DNA of 61,792 nucleotides, counting the filler, from Dirinaria sp. TL-2023a (Eukaryota), in the NCBI GenBank assembly GCA_051941275.1. It is 3 parts of 3 records of this genome, joined end to end, with 100 filler letters (N's around TTAATTAATTAA, not from the genome) between each part and the next. Parts side by side here need not be neighbours in the genome. Positions count along the whole stretch, not along the records: positions 1 to 20,569 come from JAVEBF010000282.1; 2 more parts are not named here. One strand, given 5' to 3'. Position numbers and translations under genes: made by a program. The notes below the pieces were generated by a model, which was given only the letters and a program-made list of their open reading frames with translations, was not told the DNA's origin and did not search any database. Shown piece after piece: positions 1 through 11,647 of this stretch (position 1 is its first letter; each line of letters opens with the position of its first letter).

Positions 1-44
1 GGTTTCAAATGGACAGTCTGTGGGTTCGACTCCCACCTATGTCG
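1..44 (+). tRNA. 3' half of a tRNA gene, cut by the window edge; TCA sits at the anticodon position if there is no intron
   Basis: Perfect T arm GTGGG-TTCGACT-CCCAC (20-36, B-box), 7-nt acceptor strand CTATGTC (37-43), discriminator G44, then T-runs. Counting back: 5-nt variable loop (15-19), stem strand TGGAC (10-14), loop TT-TCA-AA (3-9). Confidence 0.75.
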
Positions 45-47
45 GTG

Positions 48-99
48 TTTATCTTTGTTTTTTTTTTTTTTTTTTTATTTTTGGTTTTTTTGGTTTTTT
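48..99 (+). terminator. Oligo-T RNA polymerase III terminator / poly-T tract
   Basis: Long T runs immediately 3' of the tRNA acceptor strand. Confidence 0.6.
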
Positions 100-801
100 G
101 ACTTCCTGCCTTGAACCCCTGCCGGGGCCGGTCTTTCATCAACACTTCAAGGCAGCAGCGCAGCGGAGGTGAGGTATAATGCTTTCAAACATTTCATTTT
201 TTTGGTTATCCTCTTCTTCGATTTACTTGACATCTGGCTTGGGTGAAATAATAAAGCACCTGAGGTACATCCGATAACTTACTCTTTGCAAACCAAGATT
301 TTACGTCTTAGCTGAGAGAAAAAAACGTCGCTAACACAGTAAGTAGTAAATAGCTTGTGCCCAGATAAGATTTTCCTTCTTAATCAAAAATCCGTTGCTG
401 GAGAGATGCAATGACTGGGCACGAACCGGAACATTATATTCGAAAGAAGAGGAGGACCATGGCAAGCTCATACAACCTAGGCTAGCTCTCTGAACGAGTT
501 CAAGCGGAACGGAGACGTCAAGAAGCTACCTCAATTGTAAAAAGAAAAAAAACCCTGATCTGAGTCCACTCCCTTCCTAACGGCGCCTTCCCAAGGAAGA
601 TCACCTATACCTCTTATCCTTGCATGCCTGGTAATCTTCCATAATTCCTTTTCCCTACAACACAAACTCATCATCAGCCCTTCCATCCCTCAACATACTT
701 AGTCTCACTCCACTCCAGAACCTGGGAGAAAAATGGCAGCAGCAACAACTTCCATCCACTAGCTAATGAGAATGCGAACTCATACCTCTTGTAGTAGACC
801 A

Positions 802-1142
802 CTAATCAGGACTTTTCCCCATCGGCGGGAATTCTTTGCCCTCGCTCTCCACTTTCGGCGTGCATGTGCACCACTCGGTGACGGGGTACTGGTCCATGAC
901 CATGGGGATATGTTGTCCACATCCCCACCTGTTGTTGTTCGAGAGATATATTACTCCAGGATTAGCCAACTTTCTTCTATGTCGGACTGGGAAGATAGAT
1001 TGAATTTTCATCGAAGGTCGTAAGGATATTAAATGATGCTCTGAAATAAAAATTCTCTCCTTCGTAGGGCGTTTTGTTGTTTTGTTGCCCCATTTACTGG
1101 CACTTTCGTGATTGACACGGTTCTGGAAACAATGTACTTCAA

Positions 1143-1173
<31 letters not shown>

Positions 1174-1345
1174 AACGCCCATACCAAGTAGTTTTCTCTA
1201 GAAGTGTAAAGTTAGCTTAATAGGTACTCAAGAAGGAAAAGCAGTCTGCGGATTTGTTTCTGAGGCTGTGCAATGTGATAAGAGGGAGATTGTGGAAGAT
1301 AAGGAAAAGCTTACGGCAGTCAGAGCATGTGGACTTCTTGCACAT
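802..1345 (-). CDS. Small 56-aa Cys/His-rich protein (3 exons), putative metal-binding, uncharacterised
   Basis: Exons 1345-1315, 1197-1185 (13 nt) and 928-802 with GT..AG ends splice in frame to MCKKSTCSDCQKTTWWGCGQHIPMVMDQYPVTEWCTCTPKVESEGKEFPPMGKSPD*. Confidence 0.85.
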
Positions 1346-1606
1346 CGTGCAGACTCTTTTCTTTCAACTATTTCAATGGCAAAATCGATCGATACCTCTT
1401 GCGCACTTGAGAAATGCACCAGTGGGACAGTAGTGATCAGAGTTGAAGAGATTGGTGAGATAAGGTGCATAAGTTAAGTTAGGTGTACTCGTACAATGCG
1501 GCCGAGACCCTAGAGAAGCCCTACGTTCTAAAGTATGCGCCTTCAGATTTGATACAGTGAGATAATCTTACAAAAGCGCTATGATTGAAACACTCATTTA
1601 ACAGCC

Positions 1607-2794
1607 CTAGAATGGCGGTAGATAGAACGGATAGCCGCCGTTCTTGATGCGAAATACGCTGAGCAGGAAGCTGTACATCAAGAACATAGTACTGCCCCAG
1701 AGCACGATCGCCACCTGCTGACTTTTTGCATCCGCCATGCGCGGGACTTTGAGTGCGAGCGCAATGGTAGCAAACGACAAGATCCCATCTGCGTACGATT
1801 TAGCGAACAAAACCAAACCGACATGAGGGGGGAAAAAAGAGAACATAGATAAAAAAGGGTGGCTTACACATCCCCGCAACAATCTGCGTCTCCAAACCAA
1901 ACTGATTCGAGAAGCCACCGGCAAAATACGACATGCCGCCCCGCCCGTCGCCGACAACATAGGGCACCTTGCGAATATGGTTAAACATATGACCGCTGGT
2001 GAACAACAGCACGATAATCAAGCTGATGGCGGCCCAAAGGTTGCGATTCTGGATCACGGGTAGGATCCACGGCCACGCCACGCTCACGAACGTGATGACC
2101 CCGAGCAGAACCGTCGTTGTGGTCACTATCCGCACGTAGTTGTAGGGTCTGTAGATGGGTGGTTTGGGCCCCTCGGGAAGGTGACGTGAAATCCAATCTC
2201 GGACTTGTTCTGCCGGTTGCGCGCTGCAGAGTGGTTGCGTGTTAGTTATGGGAGAATTTAAGGGAGGAATGGTAGCGGACAGACCCTTGAGTAAAATCGT
2301 AGCGGATAGGTGTTCCGTCTGGCCGAGCCTTTTCACCTGTTGTAGGGGGAAACAAAAGTAACACGGGAGCGGTTTGCAGCATTAACTATTTCCATATCAG
2401 TCCCGAGAGTCTCAATGCTTGAATACTTATGGTGCTGAATCCATACCTTTTGAAAAGTTGCTTTCCCATCAGTGAAATCCAGTGTGCCGTAAAGCATCCT
2501 CGTTTCCCCCTTCCTATCGCCTCTAGCCCAGCTGCGAGCAAGCACGTCCCATTCCGGCTGGAAGTCGCGACATAATTGGCAGCCGAAGCGTGCTTCCAAT
2601 GCTGTGAGCAGGACGGCTACACTGTAGTCCCGAGGGAGTGTAGTCAATGCCTCGTATGCTGAGTCGTCGAGCTTCAGTGGTGCCGTGGACAGAAACTTGT
2701 CATGGTAACGCTCGAAGGTTCCCGTCTGAGCCTTCTTGGCGGCGAAGGTGAGAAGAGGGAGGGCACACAATGCTAATGTCTGAAGGAGTCTCAT
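1607..2794 (-). CDS. OST3: Oligosaccharyltransferase subunit OST3/OST6 family
   Basis: Signal peptide, thioredoxin-like CQLC, SGHMFNHIRKVPY, QFGLETQIVA, C-terminal FRIKNGGYPF; multi-exon. Confidence 0.92.
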
Positions 2795-3030
2795 GGCTCA
2801 GGTCCTGTGGGTGCCTGGATGGGACAGCAATTGAAGATATGAGTATTGTCTAAATAGTGGAAGTTGCTGGTTGTCCTATTCGGCAGTCCCTGAGCGGGAA
2901 CAACCGGCGCTAGCGCCTTATCGGGACTTCCCAGGACGGGTTTCAGGTGTGTTTACGGTCTCTCCTTCGCGTCGCCACCAGTACTACCACGCATACCTCT
3001 CTACAATCTGTTCTCGATTTAGCTCAGGAT

Positions 3031-4722
3031 ATGGCTACTATGGCTACTGTCGCATTCGATAGCTCTGAAGACGCGAACGCGATACTTGGCAATCATTACG
3101 CCCTGGAGTTGGCTTATGTGAAAAGTCTGCGGCAAACGGATGCTGTGTACGACGAGGAGCGAGTGAGGCAATTGCGCATGCAGATACTCATTCTTGAGGA
3201 CGAGAAAGACAGCCTCCATGAGCAATTAGCGCAAGACGACGATCGTATAGATGAACTCGAACAGAATAGCGAAGAGTATCGAGAGCAGCTGGATACGGCT
3301 CGTACTAGCCTTGAAACAGCACAGAGCGAATTGCGACTAAAGACGCGTGAGATTGAAACTCTCAGAGTAAGAACAGCAGTCAAGTTCTCTTGAGCGACGA
3401 AGCTGACAGGATCCTAGGTGGAGCTGCGCTCCCTGCACGAGGCGACCATGGACTCGACCAAGCTGCTGACAGAAAAGCTGACGTTGGCGCGCGAACTCTC
3501 CACCCTCAAGCCCGAAATCGATCATCTGCGCTCTCAGGCAGCGTCGAACCAGAGCCTCCTCTCTGAAAAGCTTTCGTTGCAGCGACAACTCAGTGCTCTG
3601 CAGGTGGAGCTGGAATTGGAAAAACGTACTACACAACGTGCGATGGCCAAAGAAGGGAAATTCCAGGCCGAAGGAACCAAAACAGCGACTCAGCTTGAGA
3701 ATTTACAAGCAGAATTTGCCAAGGAACGGAGAGAGCGACAGAGAGTCGAGCGGGAATCTCAGAAAGCATCGTCAGACTGGGAAACGAAGAGAACAACACT
3801 AGAGTCGCGCCTAGACGCGTTCAGGACCAAGCTTAAATCAACCAAGGATCAGCTCCAAGAGACACAGACGGAGTTGCAGGCGGCTCGTTCGGCTAGTCAT
3901 GCGGACGCAGGGCGCTCAAACCCAAACAACTTTACAAAGAATGCAGGGAAAGACGCTCGAAAGCGGATTGCTTCCCGAATGGACGATGATACAATGATCG
4001 GCACACCAGGCGATTCGCGACCGGCAAAGAAGACCAAGAGAGGATCAGTGCTGCCTGGCGATAAATCCACCTTCTCGATAACACCCTTCTTGAACCGTGC
4101 TACAAGCGTTGCGTTGGAGAGTCCATCGCAAGAGAGCGACGGTCCTAATACCGAACGAGACGCGGATGCCGGTGATGCTACAGAACCAGAGGCGGGCAAA
4201 GGAAACGAAGGTCCTGCGTCGTCTAGCATCGCCCAGTCGCCAACCAGGAAGCATAAGGCTACCACATCGCAGAAGGCGACAGTAAAGCCATCGATACTTG
4301 ACAATGCCCGGCCAGGTAAAACAAATCTCAAAGCACCACAAGGGCGCAAGCCAAAACCAGCACCGGTCCTCGAGCAAGTCGCCGAGGAGACAAACGACGA
4401 AAACGCGGCACCAATTGTAAAGCAGCTGAAAGTGTCAGCTACCGAAGCCAGCGTGGGCAATGATACGGAGAAAGGAGAGGTCAAGAAGCGGAAAAGAAAA
4501 TTGCTAGGAGGTGGACTTGGCAAAACTCTCTTCGACGACGACGAAGCTGAAACAGTCCAAGGGGATCGTAGGACGAACGGAGGGAGCCGAGCAGCCGGGA
4601 CACTTGGAAGAGTAACACTTGGTGCACCTAATGCTGGCCCTCGTCTTGGACTGAGCGGTGGGATGAGTGGGTTTGGTAACTTCTCGCCCCTGAAGAAAGA
4701 TAGGAAAACCAACGGTTTGTAA
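3031..4722 (+). CDS. Coiled-coil protein with basic disordered C-terminus (NLS-like KKRKRKL)
   Basis: Two exons (intron ~3367-3417, GTAAG..CTAG). Heptad-rich N-half; C-terminal blocks IGTPG, DKSTFSITPFLNR, TLFDDD, FSPLKKDRK. Confidence 0.8.
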
Positions 4723-4941
4723 CGGATGGCGGGTCTGATGTCAATATTCGGTGCAAGCGATTCAGCTGAGTTATGGATATGTTCTTTTAGATGTTGGCAT
4801 GATACCCCGATGTCCCGTTGAAGAGCCATTTTTGTAGTAATGTACCGTGGAACGCACTGAAGCACGAAACACTCTTAATCCGCCATACATGATTCAACTC
4901 TGCTTGTGGTATCGATATGATCTACAGCGTTCAGTGATGCT

Positions 4942-6744
4942 TCATATACCCTTCTCAAATGGTCGTATCAAGAATCCTTTGTTTGCCAAATGGTCTTTGA
5001 CGTCTTTGACACTATACTCACCTCGGTGAAACTGATCCCCTGTCAATCAGTGTTCTAGGAGATGACTGGATTCGAAACTTACCATGCCAGCACCCAACGC
5101 AGCGTCTGTACTCGTCTGTCTGAACACTTCCTCGAAATGAGCCGGCACACCGGCCCCACTCGATGCTATGATGGGAATCTTGACGGCGCTTTTGACGTCG
5201 TTGATAAGTTCTAGGTCGAAGCCGCTGTTGCTGCCATCTTTATCTATACAATTCAGTAAAATCTCGCCCGCTCCCATTGCTTCAACTGCGGTGACTAATT
5301 GGTGAACGTCAATATCGCGACCCTCACGACCACCTTTGACTGTGCATTGGTACCAGCAATATTCTGAGCCGAGCGGTCCTAAATACTGGGTTCGAATCGT
5401 ATGATGCTTGGTCTCGGCTGGCGATCTCACATATACTCGTCTTGGGTCCACGCTGACTACAACAGCTTGATTGCCATACGCCGCCGATATCGTTTCCATG
5501 GCTGAAGTGCCAGACAATCGGTTGCAGTTATGGATATATGCTTCAGCTGCCAGGACTGCATCCGAGCCTATGCTGACTTTGTCCGCGCCAGACTTGAAGT
5601 ACAAGGAAGCAACCTCAAGAGCAGAAACTTTCGTACCATCCGAGTCCGTTGTATCGCGTATGCCACCGCCTATAGTGAGCGGTACGAAGACATTTTTGGA
5701 TGTTTGCCGGAGGATTTCCAGCATAGGTAGATCGGCTAGTGGGCAGTTTCGAAAAGACATAATATTCAGAAAAGTGATCTCGTCGGCACCTTGCTCGTAA
5801 TATCTTCGCGCCATGTCTACCGGCTTCCCCAAATTTCTGACTTGGCCTCCAGTAACGCCGCGGTTACTCTCACGGACGTCGTATTGATCGCCTTTGGTAA
5901 CAACCAGATCTCCGTCATCATTGGTACGTACATCAAGGCAAGCGATCAATCGTCGTGTAAGCCCCTGAGCAGTCTTCTGGTGCGTCTTGGCGGGCGTGGA
6001 AGTCCATGTTTCGCCTCTGAGAAAAGCTTGCAAAACCCTCAGTCCAGCGGCGCCGCTCTTCTCTGGGTGGAACTGTGTCGCCAGAACATTGCCTCGACCA
6101 ATGGCACCTACGAATCTTTCGTGCCCATATTGGGCCGTTGCGACTGTCCAGCCCTTGGACTCAAGGAAACCATCAAGGTAAGGAACGGCGTACGAGTGAA
6201 CGTAGTAATATTTGCTATTACTGTCAAGACCGTAGAAAGTTTCCCCTGACTGCGGGCCCGTTGATAAGACCGCAGCTGAATTCCATCCAATGTGCGGTAC
6301 ACTCTTCTCAGAGTCATCAAAGCGCTCTAGGCGGCCTGGGATAATGCCTAGGCCTGGTATTGCAGGGTTCTCGGCAGAACCTTCAAATAGCGCTTGCTGG
6401 CCCACACATATGCCCATGAATGGTTTGCCAGAATCGATGTGCTTGCGCACGGGTTCAAGATAGCCATCTCGGGAGAATTGCTGGAGACAATGGCCAAAAT
6501 GACCAACACCGGGCAATATCAATTTCTACGTAAAACTCAAATCACTCTTTGCGCTGCACGTCTCAATAGGAGTGGTACCTACAACTCCAATAGAATGTAA
6601 GGAAAGTTGATATCAACCTACCTCTGCTTGCTCCACATCCTCGGGGCGCTGGATCCAGTCTATTCGATAGCCTAGCTTCTCGATCGCGTTGGCTAAAGAG
6701 CGCACATTTCCCGCAACATAGTCGAGAAGGTGCACTGTCTGCAT
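4942..6744 (-). CDS. HIS7: Imidazole glycerol phosphate synthase (HisH-HisF fusion)
   Basis: [17 protein letters not shown] start; PGVG, GICVG and FHPEKSG glutaminase motifs; IACLDVR..VVTKGD cyclase; last exon [12 protein letters not shown]...GI*. Confidence 0.96.
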
Positions 6745-7512
6745 GGCTTGATCATCGTCTGTGCCTGATCAAATTGCAGGAATGCTACCGGGGTAATGAG
6801 GATATTCCACATCAAAAGTCGAGGCTGACTGCGGAGGCGACCAGCGCCAAGACTGTGCTGGGAGGGGCTGGGTGGACCCTAGGCGGCAAACTAGGACTTT
6901 AGGTGACGATCTTAGGTGGCTTTCTGGGCTGCCTCCAGTTAGTCGCACCAGTCGCACCAGCTAGGTTTTTGCAAGTTTGAGCGATTTGGCCCTATAAAAC
7001 CCTCTGACCCCAACGATGGCTTTCACCAGTATCAGTACAAGCTGGATCAAATTTTAGGGGGCCCCTCGTCAACTGAATACGCAAGGGACTACGCAACGCA
7101 CTACAGACTCTCAACTACCTCTTAGGAGGCCGAAAAACCCGTCTTCAAACTTGCAAGTCCGATCTTTGGCGTGGCTAAGATTATTCAACCTGCGTGATGC
7201 TGGTTTCGTTCGCAGGTCGGATGGACTGTTAGGTAAAGTATCCTGCTACCGCAACTACTACAACATTCAAAAGCCTCTTGCGTAGTTTCCTAGCACATTC
7301 TCGTTGTAGCCGATGGCTTTTATTCAAACAACGCTTCGAGAATCTTCCCGTCAAGGACATATCTTCTCAATTCACCTAGGTTACATATGTGCTCATCAGG
7401 CGACAACTTTGAAAAAGCTTGGGCCAGTATATCTTCTCATAATCAACCCTGAAGTAGTAAGAAGACGCACCCGCCGCTCAGCACGATTGTATAACGGGTT
7501 TTCCTTTGTGTA

Positions 7513-8864
7513 CTAGGTGCTCAGATGAATGACTCCCTTTGGTGGCTGGGTAAACGCAGTGAGAAAAGCTCAATTTACCAGTCTTGAAGCCGACTCACAG
7601 AAGAGAATTGACGGAACTTGACTCCACCTTCGGAAAATACCCCTGCTGTCTTGGGCGTGTTAAGACTGTGGTAAGTTGGAAGATAGGTAGACTAGCTCAC
7701 ATCTTCGTCCATACCATAGCTTTGCGAGTAAACCACCTCCGATATTCCGACTTGGGTGATCTTGACACTACACGTCAAGCACGGGCAGCTGTAAGATGTA
7801 CAGAATCAGCGCATGTAGGTCTATGTCCTCTGTGTACATACGTATCGCAATACAGTATTGATCCTTCGCGAATCCGCTCCCGGCCTGCTTCAAGCAAAGC
7901 ATTCTCCTCCGCGTGGAGGCACAAGCATGTTGAGAGGCTCACTCCGGCTTTTTGGCCGCTGTTACAACGAGGACCTGTGGCATTTCGGCTCAGTTATGAA
8001 GGATCTGCTGGGTAAAAGGCTACAAACATCCTCCTTCATTGCAATTCCTTAAATTTCGCGGCGTTCCATTGTATCCGGTGCTGATAACTCTCCGTTCCCG
8101 CACTAGGACGCAACCAACTCGCCTCTTCATACAATTGCTCCTCTGCGCCGCCAGCGAGGCAAGCTGCATGAAATACTGGTCCCAATTTGGACGGAGACGT
8201 TGATCATTAGCCAGATTCAATTGTTCGAGCGCTCCATACAACTTAATTATGGAAGATCCTTGATTTATCAGCCGAATCTCAGCTTGATCTATCAGCGTAG
8301 CAAGACCTGTATCTTGATCATACAACTGACAGTCACTTCGAACCACGAATTCCGCAAGGCTAGGCGCCTTCTCATTGAGCTTCAAACACCTTGAAAATTT
8401 TTCAACAAACCAGAGAATTAGGAGATCCGGATTTCTCTACGCACCTCTGCTTGAAGCGCTCCCAACGTAAGCTTACAGGAGCATCAACGCTAACGAGGAT
8501 AAAGAAAGGTCGCTTCAGCAAGTCCCTGAGTGCCTTGCCGTCCCATATGTCCGGTAAAACCCAGCGTTCTCTCCACCTTTCAGTAACGAATTCAAGCAAC
8601 GATTCTACACTGGGGAAAGCTTTTTCAACTATTTTGTTGGCCTGACTGATTCTGGTAATACAAATTTGCTGAGGATTGACTGGGAAGTCGGCAGTTGAAG
8701 GCGCTGAGGCTATGTGTAATGCTGTGAAGCCGCATTCCTCGATCAAATACTTGGCCACGGATCGCTTGCCAGCACAGATCCCTTCTAAGGGTAAGCCTGC
8801 CCAGGCTCCTTCAACTCGAGCTCGTCGTTGAAGTGCACTTACCTCCACATAAACCAATCAGCAT
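7513..8864 (-). CDS. DCD1: dCMP deaminase with N-terminal P-loop-like domain
   Basis: MLIGLCG/GICAGK start; RPNWDQYFM..A..RSNCMKRRVG, STGYNGTP, HAEENA and PCLTC zinc motifs; multi-exon. Confidence 0.93.
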
Positions 8865-9725
8865 TGTCTAAAATGCGCAAGGTCATCCGACCTGGGTCGT
8901 AGGATCCGGCGATGTAGTACTCGTACCTATGTGTGCATATGAAAGCCCGCCTAATTTGACGGAATCATGAACCACTTTCGTTATTACCTGAGTTAGTCTC
9001 CTCAAGCCTTATCGTGGACGGTTAAAGACCGAGATAGATCTACGACTTTCAATCTTGTACTGTCGAGATGTATATGCGTACTTACTGATACTCGTACTCG
9101 AACCCCTAAAAGGCTAAACAGGGGTTTTGGATCGCTTAATGCGGGAGGCCTACCTTAGTAAAGTAAGATTAAGTACGGAGTGCGGAGTACCTTAAAGTAC
9201 CTAAAGTACTAACTAGTACTAGGGAGTAACCACGCCGCCACGGTGCTCCTACTGATTGCGGGCAATGAATGTACTTTGATCTTACCACCAATCAGATTGC
9301 ATCATTCTGGTCCCCTGAAAGTCTTTCAAGGCAACTAAAAGTAGGTACTGTCCAGTACTTACTTTTCTACCTTATTTCTACCTACCCTACGACTCTACGA
9401 GCCTCCCTATCTCGAGTGCTCTTGCATCAATCCGTCTCTTGCAGGATTCCATTTGACCGGATACTCTCTTCCAGGTAGTTAACAATTCTCATAAATATTT
9501 GGTGTGCACACTTCTTTACCGCATAGTTGTAAGTCAAGTAGATGTAATGTATCTATAACGTACAGCGCAGTTGTCATAGATTCATTATACCCCTACTATC
9601 TGTAAAGACTGGCTAGATTCATTGTCGGTGTCTATATGGTACTGCAAGCAACACTGAGTCCACTGAGTCACCTGGCACAGACGCCTCTTTTTCTTCCAAT
9701 CTACTCGAAGCAGGTAACAATAGCC

Positions 9726-11647
9726 TCAGATTGAGTCGACGTCAAGTTCCATGTTGTCGCGGCGACGAATTAGAATTTTTGCCGTTGGGCTCGCCATTGC
9801 TAGCACACCAAACATCATCGGTTCAACATTCGTGCCCGGCGCTAGTTTCCAGTCATACTTTATCAGCAGTTGACACAGGGCAATCTTGATCTCATTGGCG
9901 GCAAAGAAGCGTCCGGGACAGGCATGCTGACCATGTCCGAACCCAAGATGGTCCGCACTCGTCGATACCAGTTGAGCAAGATGTCCTTTTCCTTCTATCG
10001 CACAAAGCTTGAGGAAATGATATCAGTCCCACCGATCAGGGTCTTCATGCACTTCTGGATCCCACATTCGGCACGAGTCGACTCGGATACGCGTCCCTTC
10101 CTTCAGGTGGAATCCATTGGAAAGGGTGACATCCCTTTTTACCCATCGAAGCATCGAAGCTACAATAGATCATATGATTATTACTCTTAAAATTTCAGGA
10201 ATAAAGATCAGTAGGATATTGACTCACTAATCTGGCCCGGCTTCATACGCTGGGATTCTTTCACTACACTATCCAGCAGTTTCATGTTGCTCAGTGATGT
10301 CTTCTTCCACTCGCCATCGCGAAGAGATTGAACTATCTCCTTTCGAAGAGGATGGATAATCTCAGGATGCCGCGCCAAATCGAGCATGACCTGTGTGAGC
10401 AAGTCACTCGATGTGTGTATGGCAGCCATAGACAGCCCCAGTTGTGCTTGAGTTTCGTTGTATGCCATACCCTTTATCTCGGCCTCGTGCTCAATCCATT
10501 CAGTCGCATCATTATACAAGGGAACCGGTCGACCAGCTGCGCAATGTGCCTCTTTGGTACGCCGTCGCTCTTCAATCATAGTGGTTATCACACGTTGGGC
10601 TTCGACAAACCGTGCTCGCAGCCTTCTACAGCTAGGCAAAAACCAGTGAACCACCTTCCGAGCGAAGCGAGGGCAGATTCGAAGTTGTACGGCCGCCATG
10701 AACAGGTCGACGGTATATTCCTTGGTGATCCGCAACCAGTCTTCGTCCCGGCGCAGTTCTTTGCCCAGAAATACGCGCGAAGAAAGACGTGCAACGATAT
10801 CTAAGAAACAGTCTTTGACTGCGATCTCTTGCCAATCTGTTGCCAGATGAGAAATGTATTAACGATAGGTCCAGCTTGCGGATTGGATGAGACTCGCCTT
10901 TGGAGGCACCAATATTGATCGACAAAGCGAAAGTTGCCTCTTCGGACACGGGCTCGGTGATCGTGGCTGACCGTTGGATGAGCTTGTCAGTCAAGACCTC
11001 TTATCCTTCTGTCCAGAGCGTAGATAGGACTCTTGCTGGCCACGTTCGGAGCTTACCAAGGGACTTGGTCAGTTGTTTTTTAATGACCGATAGCAGGAGG
11101 TGCTGCGTAGAAGTGTTCATAACATCGAATCCAGGTATGCCCAAATGGAAGTCCTTGATTGAATTCATATTGAGAAACTACTATGACGCACAACAGCAGA
11201 TTGGATGTTACCTCATATATCGGACGATTAAAATCCAGATCTGGATGACATCCCAACTCGTCAGAAAATTCGGGTGGCATCAAGAGTACTATACCAACAT
11301 CTGTCATGATCCGGAAGGGTTGCTTAGGATACAGCGCTCGGGCGCTTGCCAGCAGGGCTTTGCTACGAACGAGGAACGCATACTTTCCATATTGGATATC
11401 AGCCTGGATTCTAGGTGGCCCTCCAGCTGTGACCCAGACTGACCTTGGCCTTATAATTGAACCATGAAAACTTCTTGCCGGAATTGATGACTGGCACTTC
11501 TTCCGAGGAGGTCTTCGACCAATTGAACGCCACAAGGATACCGATGGCGAAAGTCGATAAAGTGGAATACATAAATCTCTGCTGGTCAAACCTAAGTAGT
11601 ACTTGACCCTGCTCGGTCAGTGAGCCTAAAGTTGAATTGGCAGCCAT
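9726..11647 (-). pseudogene. Cytochrome P450 (ent-kaurene-oxidase/CYP68-like) with premature TGA at 10023-10025
   Basis: I-helix AAIHTS, ESQR (ExxR) and heme motif FGHGQHACPG are present. The last exon reads ...EDPDRWD*YHFLK, so the stop precedes the heme Cys. About 6 exons. Confidence 0.8.

Noticed and set aside
1..44. Canonical selenocysteine tRNA
   Set aside because: Only 5 nt of variable region and a standard 5-bp T stem; the long variable arm of tRNA-Sec is absent.
106..155. 10-bp inverted repeat CTGCCTTGAA/TTCAAGGCAG
   Set aside because: Too short, with no other support for an RNA gene or element.
3897..4865. 322-aa minus-strand ORF
   Set aside because: Antisense shadow of the coiled-coil gene.
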